Below, in pieces: positions 27,080-39,020 of a DNA stretch of 64,000 bases. The DNA comes from Camelus ferus. Lineage: Eukaryota. The first letter of the stretch is position 1, and the number at the start of each line of letters is the position of its first letter. Location of the stretch: positions 90,584,001 through 90,648,000 of the forward strand of contig NC_045696.1 in assembly GCF_009834535.1 (NCBI RefSeq), written 5' to 3'. The position numbers were made by a program, and so were the translations under genes. A model generated the notes under the pieces. It did no database searches, was not told the origin of the DNA, and saw only the letters and a list, made by a program, of their open reading frames with translations.

Positions 27080-28070
27080 TTCTTACTGGGCACCTTCTAT
27101 ACACTAGGAACTATGCTAGGTGTTGAGGACATAGTATACAAAAGAGACACAGTCTGACTCTCTAAAAGTCTGAGAAAGGTCAAACAAATAAGTAGGAACA
27201 TCACATTCAATTAAAAACTGATTGATTGCTATGAAGTATAAGTTCACAATGTTTCAAAAGACACTAGTGATAGGTGTCAGGAAGGCTTCACTGAGATAGA
27301 AAATTCAAGCTGAAACTTTAATAATAATAATTAATCTGAAAGAGAGGAGGGATGGAAAAGCATGCAAACAGAGGAATAAAAAGCAGGCCAGCTTAGTTAG
27401 ACTTTAGTAAGGAGTAGTAGTCTAAGGTAAGGCTGGAGAAGTAGACTTGGGCAAATCATGGAATAACTTGTAGCCATATCTCTGAAATATGAATTCTGAA
27501 ATTTTATCCTAGAGGCAAATGGAAGCCACTGAAAGATTTTTTTTTTTTCCTGCAGGGAAATGACAGGTTCCAGTTCATAGTTTAAGATCATTTTGGATGT
27601 TATGGGATAGATTATAAGGGACAAAACTGGGGAGAGATAAGTTAGAAGGCTACTGCAGTGGTCAAGGCAAGAAATGATGATGGGTAGACGAATGAGACTG
27701 GTGGAAAGATTAAAATGTATTTTAGATGGCAACAGAGCATGCTAACAGAATAGAGGTGGCAGGTGAGGAACTTGCCAAACTGATGTTTTGAGCAACTGCA
27801 AAGATATAATGGAAGGACAATGAAAGAGGAACAGGATGAGGATGGGGGCAGGAAGATAAAAGAATTCACCACAATCTTGCCTGTTTGACATTTAAGTAGA
27901 GATGACACAGGCAGTTAGATATGTAAGCCTGCATTTTAGAAGAGAGGGTTGGAATTTAGAAATTGTTGCACACAGATGATATCTGAAGTCCTGGGAATGG
28001 ATGAGATCACTTAAGATGAAAATACAGACGGAAAAAAGTAAGCACAGGTGCATTCCTCAAGGAACACATA
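27080..28070 (-). mobile_element. L2 LINE 3' ~1 kb
   Basis: ggaagccactgaaagatttt...gttagaaggctactgcagtggtcaaggcaagaaatgatg...ctgggaatggatgagatcac. Confidence 0.85.
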
Positions 28071-28419
28071 AGACTTAGATTAAGAAGGAGTTTATTCATG
28101 GATTAAGACTGAACAATAGCAGTGACTAGCATAAAGGATAATTATCTGGTTAATGAGTCTATCCTCTCAATATAGTGTAAGTGTGAAAGAGTCTTTGTTA
28201 GTATAATGGTCACATACGGAAAATAACTGACAATTTATTTTCTAAATACTGGTTATGTAAAATTCATACTTTTATGCAATAGTCAAACAATATCCAAAAT
28301 GAAGTTCATCCTCCTTCAACCCTGTTTGTTATCCTATGCTTCCTCTACCCTTTAAAATGATACTATCTAGTTGGCTTTATCTCTCTTATGTTGTCATTTT
28401 TATAATCTATATACTAGCA

Positions 28420-28615
28420 AATTCATAAGCAAAACTTTTATGAGTACCTACCACGTGCTAGTCACTCCTATAGGATGGGGGAGATGTTGCTGAACAAACA
28501 GGCAAAAATTCCTGCCTCTGCAGAGCTGACTTTCTAGTAGGGAAGCCTGATGATAAGCCACCAATCAAGTATAAAATATGTTAGAGAGTCATGAGGGCTA
28601 TGAAGAAAAATAAAG
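28420..28615 (-). mobile_element. L2a 3' end
   Basis: tgagtacctaccacgtgctagtcact...gaacaaacaggcaaaaattcctgcctctgcagagctgactttctagtaggg. Confidence 0.85.
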
Positions 28616-29414
28616 CAAATAAATTATGAAAGAAAATAAATAAAACACAACAAAACATTATCTCCCTCCACCTTCAACTCTGCCTCTAGCAAGTTTCATG
28701 GATACCTTTATTTGTCGCTCATTTCTTCTGCCTTCTATGATAGTACTTTCCTCTGGCCTCTAAGCTCCAGGAGGTAGGGATTATGATTCTCTGTATCCCT
28801 CTAGCTCCTTTCACCTTGCATATACTGAATTCAAATGCCCCATTTTTTACTGAGTCATTAGTGCTCCTGAAAGATGCCAAGAAATCTTAATTCACTGTAA
28901 GTAAGTATTGGCGATAATTGAAACGTACACAAAATGTCTAATTTGCTCTTTTTTTTTCCTGCTATGGTTATTTGCCTCTGCTTATTAGTTAACTATGCCA
29001 TGTGGTCTTAGTAATGTTTATGAATTATTGTTTTATCAAGATAGCAAATGACACTGTATCTGCATTACCACTTCTGTTTGCTGGCTAGATGGCCTGTCTC
29101 CTTTAAGAGGCTCAGTCTGCCGGTGTTGGCTAAATTTAGCAACGTAATAAATTGTGCTTATGTTTACTCTGATTTCTAAGTATAACTGCTGTATTTTCAA
29201 TATGCCTTTGATGACTGAAAGTCCCTAAAAGTGACAGTTCAATAAATAAATTGGAAGGTTGAGAAAGTAGGTTTTAATACTGGCACAATTAACCAGTTGA
29301 TCAAAGCATCTACAGGCAGTCTCAGCATGGAGAAAGAGGGTCTGATGGAATGCCTGTTTTGAAAAAGCTCTTCGGGATGCTGTGTATCCTGCCCTGGCCA
29401 ACCTCTCTGACAAA

Positions 29415-29785
29415 ATCTCATTCCACAGATAAGAAAGCTGAGACACAGAGTGATTATAAACTGGTGAAAATCACATGGACAATGAAAAGCAAAGCCATGA
29501 TTAGAATTCAGGACATCTGTCTTTTGTCCTATTCGGGCTGTTTTCACTATCTCTTGCATTTTTTAAACTGGGCCTCCACAAAATCTGTGGCACGGGGTGA
29601 GTAAGACTGAAAGATGTTGTGTTTAAGCAAAGTTAAAAAGGATTACTTCAGGATATCTTAAAATCTGAATGCTAAAGTACATTGAGATTCTCTAAAAGAA
29701 GTATGTAGGATTTTCAAACACACTTGGTGAAAAAAATGTTTTAAACAGAACTCCTATTAACACAGAAAATAGTCTGAGGAACTTT
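29415..29785. mobile_element. MIR fragment followed by a Charlie4-like fragment
   Basis: cagataagaaagctgagacacagagtgat (MIR); ttaagcaaagttaaaaag...tttcaaacacacttgg (Charlie4-like). Confidence 0.55.
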
Positions 29786-32700
29786 AGCCTGCCCTTTTAA
29801 TTTTCAACTTATTTTGAGTTCATTAAAACACAGTTATAAGAAGCCCAGTATGTACAGTTTACATATTATAAAGACTCTGAATTGATTTTACTTATCTATC
29901 AAATAATGTAAATTATAAGGCAATTATTAATTCCTAGTTAGTGGTAGGTCATGTACTATGAGTTCATTACCCAAATGTGGTATTTTGATCACTTAGGAAC
30001 ATTGGTCATTGCACGTACATTTCTATCCTTACAAAAATAAACTATTTGTGTTTAAATTAGTTATCAAATAAAGCAAATTAATGGCATACTTTTTAATAGA
30101 TCTCAGTGAGTTATTAAAGATATCCATATTCCTAGAATTAACCATGTTCTACCCTTATTTCATGATGAAGGCATTTGAAATCTGAATTTCTGGCAAATAT
30201 GTTTAAATTTTAATTTTTCCTTTGACAACAGGAATATTTGATTTCAATTGCTTTAAAACAAACTCTAAAAATCAATAACAAAGAGGACAAAGTAGTTTTG
30301 AGGCTGTGATAAAAATAGGTACCAAAATGCTACTGGTTATACAGGATCTGTTGTGAATAGGTCAGCTCAAGGTCCCAGGTAAACATCTTGTTTGTGTCCT
30401 GAAGCCTTGTTTCTGCATGCCTTATACTCTCAGTAGGGTCCTCCTACTCGGGTCTAAACATCGGGCCACTGCACCCTATCGATCTTCTTTAAATCTCCGG
30501 AATAATAAATTTCAAGGCAACACAGCAGAAGCCGACTAAAGCCCTTTAATTACATCACTGCTGAAAGGAAATCATTGATCAATGGCATTATGGGAAAATA
30601 AACTGCCCCCCAAACCAGATCAAAGTCAATAAAATAGCTGACTAGCTGCCCCATTTGGGACTTCTGCTAGATTAGTGGTCATGGACAAGCAAAAGAGACG
30701 ATTCTAACGCATGCTGCTTACTATCTTTTTGAAGCTCTCCCTGGCAGGTGTCATGCTCTGAGCATGGTTTTTGATTACTCTAATTAAACATAATATTATC
30801 AACAGATCTTCATATTGATCCTTAAAATCCCCTATTCTAAATGAAAAATTAAAAGCCTAGAGAAAGGGCCTCATAGGGTACCAGGTTATTTTAATGATTT
30901 TATTCCTTTATCAATTTTCTTCATGATGTATTATTCTAGTATTTATCAATACCAAGGTACCAATTAGCTTAGGAATGTTAAATAATATGCGAAATGAATA
31001 ATTTTATAATTTACTCTTCCTTAGATTAATTTCATTTACATGAAGTTACATTCCTTGATTAAAGTCTAAATAAATAATTTTTCCTATTAAGTGTTGTTAA
31101 CTGTGCGGGTCACTTATTCTTTAAGGTATTTTAAAATATACTGCTTAACATATATAATGCAGTGTGGCAAATAGTTCATTTCTCTCAGGTAATTAGTTTG
31201 GAAAATTGTGAAAACGTTTCATGAAAATAATTTTATAATAGCTTATGACCATTTGTGTATAGTTTCCAAATAGGCAAGATTATTTAAATATTTAAAATCC
31301 TATTAACTCTACACATTCACATTTCCAAATGTTGTCTTCTACTTGACTAAGAATAGCAATATGCAAACAAATCTGAAAGAATTCAATCTCTTCTCAAAAA
31401 AGAGAAAGTATAATTTTATAACATGTAAATATTTGTAAACTTATTGGCACTTAAGTTTTTATGTACAATTTTAGCATTAAATAATAATAAAAATACAATG
31501 TCATCTTTAAAGTAAACTTGAGAGTTTTGAGAATACATAAGTTGAAGAACATATCTAGGGAAATCTAAAATATCAGATACAATGACTCATTTATGGGTAT
31601 TACTTTCACCACTCAACCCAGAAAAAGCTAATAGCCATGCCGTCTTCCCATACTACATTTCTTCTTATTCACTCACTATTCCCTCAGGTGGTTCTCTTTG
31701 CTAATGCCCAAATGGCATCAACCTGTTGTTTAGCATGTCTATGAAAAGGCAAGCCTGCTGGCTAATTTACCAAGGGATTAAAGCCCTGAAACCACTTCAA
31801 TCTGCTACTTTGTTTCCATGTAAAAAGCCTTACCCATGACACCAGTTCCCTCATGTTAAAATTGAAAATCTCTTCAAAAGAAAGAAAAATTCAATGTAAG
31901 AATTGTTTAAGAGAGAAACTGCCAAAAATACTATTCTGTACCCGTAAACAGTGCTATGAAATTGCATTCTGTTGGTCAAGTCCTGCACTATATATTAAAA
32001 AGAATTTCAGGTATTAAATGTCTACCATTTCATAAAATTAAGGGAATTAACACAGGCACCAACAGCGGTATGGGGGTAGGGGGCTTGGGAGTCCATAAGG
32101 GCTAGTGTAAAATTGTATGTAGATATAGTTCATCATTGCAGCATACATTTAATTAAAATTCATATTTGTGTGCATTTTGTTGAATGACAAAATATTATGG
32201 TAACTGCACTGATTCACACCAGAAAACGGAGGTTCCCCCGAATAAGCAACTCTTTGAATTTCTGATTTATTAAGAATAAAGACCTAAAGATTCACTATTC
32301 TCATAAAAACTAATAGGTACATATAGCAATTAATTTTTCTCTGTAAGAAATCTGCTAGCTCTACATTTTTAAATTAGAATAAGCTTTAAGTTGATACATT
32401 TTATGCAGAAAACATTTGCTTTTTTTCCTGTTTGGTTAAAGTTTAATTGTTTATTGACCAGTAATAATCACAATGATATCTTCCTGTAATGACTTCTTTA
32501 CTCCATAAAAACTATTACAATAGCATAAAATCTGTGCTAAGTTGCTATTAAAATATTGAAATTTTTTTTTATATATTTAAGGGGTAGTCGTTACCCAATA
32601 TGAGTGACAGCAAGTTGAACAAACTGAAAAAAGTAATGAACTATATTTAGGTCTTAATGAAGAATAACTTACTAAAATGTAAACACATATTGATTATATC

Positions 32701-35679
32701 CTTGCTATATTTCAGTAAATCAGTCTTACCAGTAACTTCAGGATTATTAGAATTAAAGTAGCACTGTATATTTAAAAGGATAAGTTTCCATTTTAAAGTA
32801 ATCTCAATTTTCTCTGAAAACTTTTTCTCAGGTCAGTTGAAAACAAATTTCAGCAAATTAACTAGGCAAGCCATTATTTCACAATATTCACTAATGTTTA
32901 TTTATTATAACCCTGAGCAGTGAGGGAGAAAAAAGCACAAATGAAAAAACAGTCGACCTGATAAAAGCTCAATTATGAAGTAGTTTATAGCTTATAGTAG
33001 CGAACTGGATTAGATCACTCATAGGGGAAGACATATTGTTTCTCTCTTCATTTCTTTACTATCAAGACTAGTGTCCCTTGTACCTAATGGTGCCAACAGC
33101 ACAGATTTGCTGGAATGAAAAACAATGGCAGGGATGGATGTGTCAGTGCCAAAGGCTTAAGAGAAAATGAATGTGCTCTAAGTTAGGATCTGTGTGATAT
33201 TCAAATTCAAAGTACTTCACATAGGGACAGGACATTCAAGGTCCCATTTCAATCACAATTTTATTATAGTGACAAATATGAAATTCTGACTGCCAATAAA
33301 AATACTGAATTTGATGCACTTCTGTGCAAAATTCATGGCCTTGAAAGATATTCTGCAAGCTGTCACCCCCAAGGACCATAATGGATTTGTCTTTAAAGAA
33401 AAATGTTTATAGAGTATGAGTTACCAAATATATGTTATATAAGATTTCACATTTTAAATCAAGAAATGTAAATTATTTTTCTTAGTTGATATTTATTGAC
33501 AAAATTCACATTAAGTGGAATTTTGAGATGCTTTTTAATCAAGTTTTATAATAATAAAGTATATTTTAGTATTCCTTTTTTATCAAAACTAGTGTGAATT
33601 TCTTATAGTTTATACCATGGATTGGCATGTTGAATTTTATGAGGTCCAAACTAATAATTATCAAACACAAATCTCTTATTAGATTGCTCATAAGAATATA
33701 AACATATATATTATAATAATCAATATTAATAAAAAGTAGTAACTTTAAGTTTAGCCTTTCGACAACAGATAAAACAGTTTATTGATTTTCATTTATTTTA
33801 AATAAGTCAAGCAAAAATATCAACCAGAAAAACAGAGTTGTTTTCCAAATTTACATCCTTGTTGGGGTATATTTCCTAAAAATGGAATTTTTTAGGCATA
33901 AAACAACTGATAAGTTTTACTTCTGATTACAGTGTGAAGTAAACAGGTATTACGGAGCACATCCTTCTCATTTCACAGAAATACCTACTTTTATTTTAAC
34001 TTAGAGAAAAAATCGAGAATAAACTATACCACAGAGAATAATTTCTACCAACCTCAATAATTCACCAAAACCAGACTGCTTCAATGTCTCTAAAAAAGGA
34101 AGCAAGACACTGGATGCGAAGCTTCAACAAACTATTATTACACGCTTTTCCAGTCCATTAAAAGAAAGTAATTTAATCAGTTTATAGTTTCTCAGGAAAA
34201 TCTCATTCAGAGAAATTTTATTGCCGGCTATCTAAATAGTAAATACCTATTATCCTCTCAAAATGAGTTTTTGCTTGCCAAGGGCAAACCCATTGCTGTT
34301 ATTGTAGAGCTCTGTCAGAGAAACAAGAAGTTAAAAAGGTTATAAAGATACCATTAATGTCATGGGACTATCTTGTCAGGACTCAAAAATGCTTAGTAAT
34401 TGAGGGTTTTATTCAAAGTGTATTAGCACCCATATAAACAGCACAGTTAATATAATGCTTTAGGCTTTATTTTGTTACAGCCCAGCAAAACCACCTACAA
34501 ACAGCTGAATACTGTAAATGTATCTGCTGGAAAGCACAACTCATTTTATCATCTGGTTCTAGCTTGAGTCTTTGAAGAAAATGTGAATAACATACACACA
34601 GCTTAAAGGCAAATCTAGATCCAATCAAAGAGAACAACAGAAAAAAGCATAAATGATAACTAACTGGTCCTGACAGGATGTGCCTTTGATAGAAGTATGA
34701 GGGTAAGCAAACGGCAAATGTTCTTTATTTGATTTATATATTTTACTTTAAAAAAACCCCGCTACAACATAGCTTATATTAATGTTCATTAATACATAAA
34801 ATTAGGAATGATTACATTGAAACAATAGACAAGAAGCATAAAATTTTTCTATCATATTACTTGTTAATCCATTGATGATTTACAGAAATAAAGTACTGAT
34901 CCTTGCTAATTTTCTGATTTTTAGAGTTATTGGGCTGATTACATAGAAAATATTCTAATAGAATTTTTTGAATTTAGGAAGTAAATAATACAACTCTTAA
35001 AGTTATTCACCCATCAGCTCTAACATTTATGTAAACAATGAACATTTAAAGAAAATCTTTAAAGATTTACTTGCTTTCAATTTTTGGATATTGATTATAC
35101 TGTGCCTATACCTCCTTCTCATCAGAACATTATCAGTTATAAACATGGATATACAAAGTTTATAAAAAGTAGCCTGATGAAGGACTAATGTTTCAATAAA
35201 CATCACTATTTGCTTTCAATAAATCAACTATCAGCAGAGTAGTAGGGAGAGAAAAAGCTCTCAGTAAGACATTTTCTGACTGGGGAGGAAATTAGATGGT
35301 CAACCTTTAAGAGCAGCGTATGTCAAGCAAATGATGGAGGCTTAGAAATAATTAAACTCTACCTAGAGTTACTTTAGGTAGGTTCTACTAACACAAACAT
35401 CCCTGCTAGGGAATTCCTTTTGGCCTTCAAAGACCAGCTCTGGCATCACCTCCTCCGTTCACTTTTCCTAGACTTTTCTCACTATTTCTAGACTTTTCTC
35501 ACTATTCCTTTTCCTCTAGAACTTGTATAAAATTCCACTACTACACTTAGTACAGACAGGGAGTGTCAACTCTTAATTTACATATTCTTAGTATGTGTCA
35601 TATTATCTACACATACAGTAAGAGTTCAAATTTCAAAAAAATGTTCATTAAATGGGCAATTAAGCCATGATTTTTTAAA

Positions 35680-35815
35680 AAACACCTTTATTGTGGTATA
35701 GTTCCTGTACAGTAAACTACACATATTTCAGATGTACAACTTGATGAATTTTGATAGATGTATGCACCCATGAAACCACCACCACAATCAAGATAGCTAA
35801 CATTTCCATCACTCC
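35680..35815 (-). mobile_element. Old L1 (L1MB/ME-type) 3' end
   Basis: tttattgtggtatag...gtacaacttgatgaattttgatagatgtatgcacccatgaaaccaccaccacaatcaagata. Confidence 0.85.
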
Positions 35816-35823
35816 TCAAGAGG

Positions 35824-35957
35824 TGCAAATTTCGAACTCCTGATTTATCCCTTCCCACACCCTTTACCCGCTGGTAACCATAAATTTATTCTCTACGTCT
35901 GTGAGTCTGTTTCTGTTTTGCAGGTAAGTTCATTTGAGTCCTTTTTTTTTTAGATTT
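35824..35957 (-). mobile_element. Younger camelid-type L1 3' UTR internal fragment
   Basis: tttatcccttcccacaccctttacccgctggtaaccataaatttattctctacgtctgtgagtctgtttctgttttg...tttagattt; reverse-complement homologue of ~23455-23580; CpGs retained. Confidence 0.85.
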
Positions 35958-36879
35958 GAGCTGAAATTCAGGATGATTTGTTTCTGTGGACTGGCCAAAG
36001 ACCTTATCACATAGTTTTCAGTGGATCTTCAAACCTCTTTTTATTATATATTATTATTAAACAGAAACATCTTCCATAAAACATATTAAACATAAAATAT
36101 ATTACTTTACTTGAAGGAAAATCTAAAGTGATTCAGAAATGCTTCTGGAATCTATACACTTAGCTAAGTTTATAAAATGCCTTAGTTGCTAAGAGGAAAA
36201 GCAGGTACTGGATACTGATCTTAAAGTAGCTATACAAATTATCAATTCTTAAGTTTAGGAAGTCAAAGAGAATACTCAGGACATGCAAATACTTAGCCAC
36301 TTTCTCTTAGTTCTTATGTGGTCTAATTTTCACCCAGACATTTCTCTTTCCTATACCAAGCCATAAGTAAATAAATGAATGAAAAAAACAAAGGCAGACA
36401 GAAATGGTGATGGGAGCTGACTTACTATGCCACCCTGGAAAAACAGATTTCACTACCAATGGGACTGAGAAAATGCTGGTAGAAACAGACAAAGCGTTCT
36501 TTATCTGATAATACTGCCTTTCTCTGAAAATACTATCAGTGAGGAATCACGAGATATCTTTGTTAATTATATGACTCTATAGTGCACCTTTATGAAAGGT
36601 AAATTCTAGTATTTGCTAGCAAGTCTACGTGAACTATCTCTTTGAACTTCCACCAATAGATTAAGATTAGTAAATTAATGGTAGATATCCCTTATCAGTA
36701 TTTTCTCTGCTCCTTATTATTCTATTTCTGAAGAAAGACTAATTTTTTTAAATTCCTAAAATAGTACGTGTTTAATGGTGGAAAATAATCAAATAATATA
36801 CAATTATATAAAGTAAAAACTGAAAGTTTCCACCCTTACATCCATTACACAGTATGGGTAGCTGGTCCACAACTTGGCT

Positions 36880-37280
36880 TGAGAGGAAGCAATGTTACAC
36901 AGTGACTCTAGAGACAGATGTTTACTATAATTTTCTGTGCTGATGAAAATGTACTGTATTTGTGCTGCCCAAATAAGATACCTTCTAGCCACATATGGTT
37001 ATCAAGCACTTGAAATGTGGACAGTGTGAATGAGGAACCAAATGTTTAATTTCATATGCTTTTAGTTAATTTAAATTTAAATGTAAATAGCCACGTGTTG
37101 CTCATCCCAGCTCTAACCTTTACCAGCTATGTGACCTCAGGCAATTAACCTAACACCATTATGCCTCAGTTTTCCCTTCTTTAAAATGGGAATAATAGTA
37201 ATATAAGACTATAGTAAGGATTAAATTATACAATTTATGTAAAGATTTTAGAAGTGCCTAAAACATGGTACACATGCTGA
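36880..37280 (+). mobile_element. MIR SINE interrupted by a MER3 DNA transposon (~36925-37102)
   Basis: MER3: ctagccacatatggttatcaagcacttgaaatgtgg...aaatagccacgtg; MIR: taccagctatgtgacctcaggcaatt...gcctcagttttccc. Confidence 0.85.
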
Positions 37281-38829
37281 CACTTTTCTAAGTTCATTAA
37301 AATATATAATTCAAATATATTTAATATGTACACACAAATATATGTAGCATTTTATTTTAAAAATAGAATTTATCCTATTGATACTATTCTGAAAATTAAA
37401 ATTTTCAATGAACAATGTACCACAGACTCCTATGACAAATTAGATATGATCCCAACCTTCACAACAAATAAAGTAATTAGGTTTGATAAGCAATAGGGAA
37501 AGGGATAGCTACCACAGACTATAGTAGAGGAAAGGCTTCTCTAAGGAACTGAGAACTTTCACCATCGTATAATCCATAGCTCAGTCCCCACTGAAGAATC
37601 TCACACTGTTCTTTGGCTTTAATGCATCCTATGGACACATGCTGCCCTGAGATAAATTCTCCCTCACACTGCCCATCTCTAACCAACTCCACTCCTGTTT
37701 CTCTCATTCCACTCTATACCGAGCCTCACTGAATGCCTAATATTCCCTACCCTCCACTCTTCTCCAGTTCACAGCTACCAAGCCTTCTGAAAAACATACC
37801 CCATTCCTGACCTTCACCCACTGTCAGTATCCATCCCACCCCAACCACACTGTATCATGAGCCTCATCCCAGCGCTGAATCTCTAATCATTCTTAGCTTC
37901 TCACCTTATCTAAAATTCACCAATTTCTAAATATCAACTTAACCTAATTTTTCTATCTCCTTCAGAATAGTTCTGAATCACGGAAGGTGACATTTAAGAT
38001 GAGGTCCTTTATATTAAGTCAGCTATGGAAAGAGCAGAGATAGAAGTATGACAGGGAGAAGGGAGAGAGAAGAGCCACGGTCAAAGGCTCTGAAGTGGGA
38101 AAGTACTGCATTTGAGGGGCTGAAAGACTGTGTGACTAGATCATACTAATAAATTAGCAGAAAATAAATTACTCTTTCCATTATTACTGGGCATTAAAGT
38201 TGTCTCCGATTTTTCACTATAACATACAATGCTGTGATAAACATCATTCTACTCACATCTTTGAGACATGTACTAATATTTCTATAGAATGTTTTCTAGA
38301 AATAGAATTCTAGATCATTTAAATTTTGGTAGGTATTGCCAACACACTGGCAACATGACTCTGAATCTTAGGTAAAATAATTTTTCCATTTCTGTATGTA
38401 AGTATGTTCATACATATATACAAACTGTATATAAAACAGTATAATTTGAAGATGAAATTAATTGAGAACCAAACTCATCATGTCATTATTTCACACAGAT
38501 AGCAAATGTTCTGTGTAATAGCTAGAAGCCAAGATAAAAAATTCCATTACTTGACTCTTTCCTAATTCTACCATTTTCTAGATTGGGTTACTTATATTGG
38601 TTAGTCTAAACGTTCTAAATCAAAGTTCAAGCAAATTCTAGCGTAATTTTGCCAAATAAAAAGAATTGATTTAGTTGTAGATATCTTGCTATTTTATGTA
38701 AACTAGTAAATCAATTCTAAGAGAATTTAGGCATATTAGAACTCTAATCTTAAGATTAGATTTTGGGACTAGACAAAATAATATAATGAGTACAGAGCTG
38801 CTACACTGCTGTAGGTAAAAGCATGAGTA

Positions 38830-39020
38830 TTACTGACCCGCCATTATCACTTGCTAAATGTTTGACCTTTCTAAACCACTGTTTTCTCATATGTAAGATA
38901 GGGTTAATAACAGTATCTCTTCTATGCGGTAAGTGTATAAATTAAATGCATTAATGCAAGTAAAGTGCTTAGTATAATGCCTGGTACACAGAAAGTACTG
39001 ATTAAATCTTAGCTATTGTT
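38830..39020 (+). mobile_element. MIR SINE
   Basis: gttttctcatatgtaagatagggttaataacagtatct...gtaaagtgcttagtataatgcctggtacacag. Confidence 0.85.
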
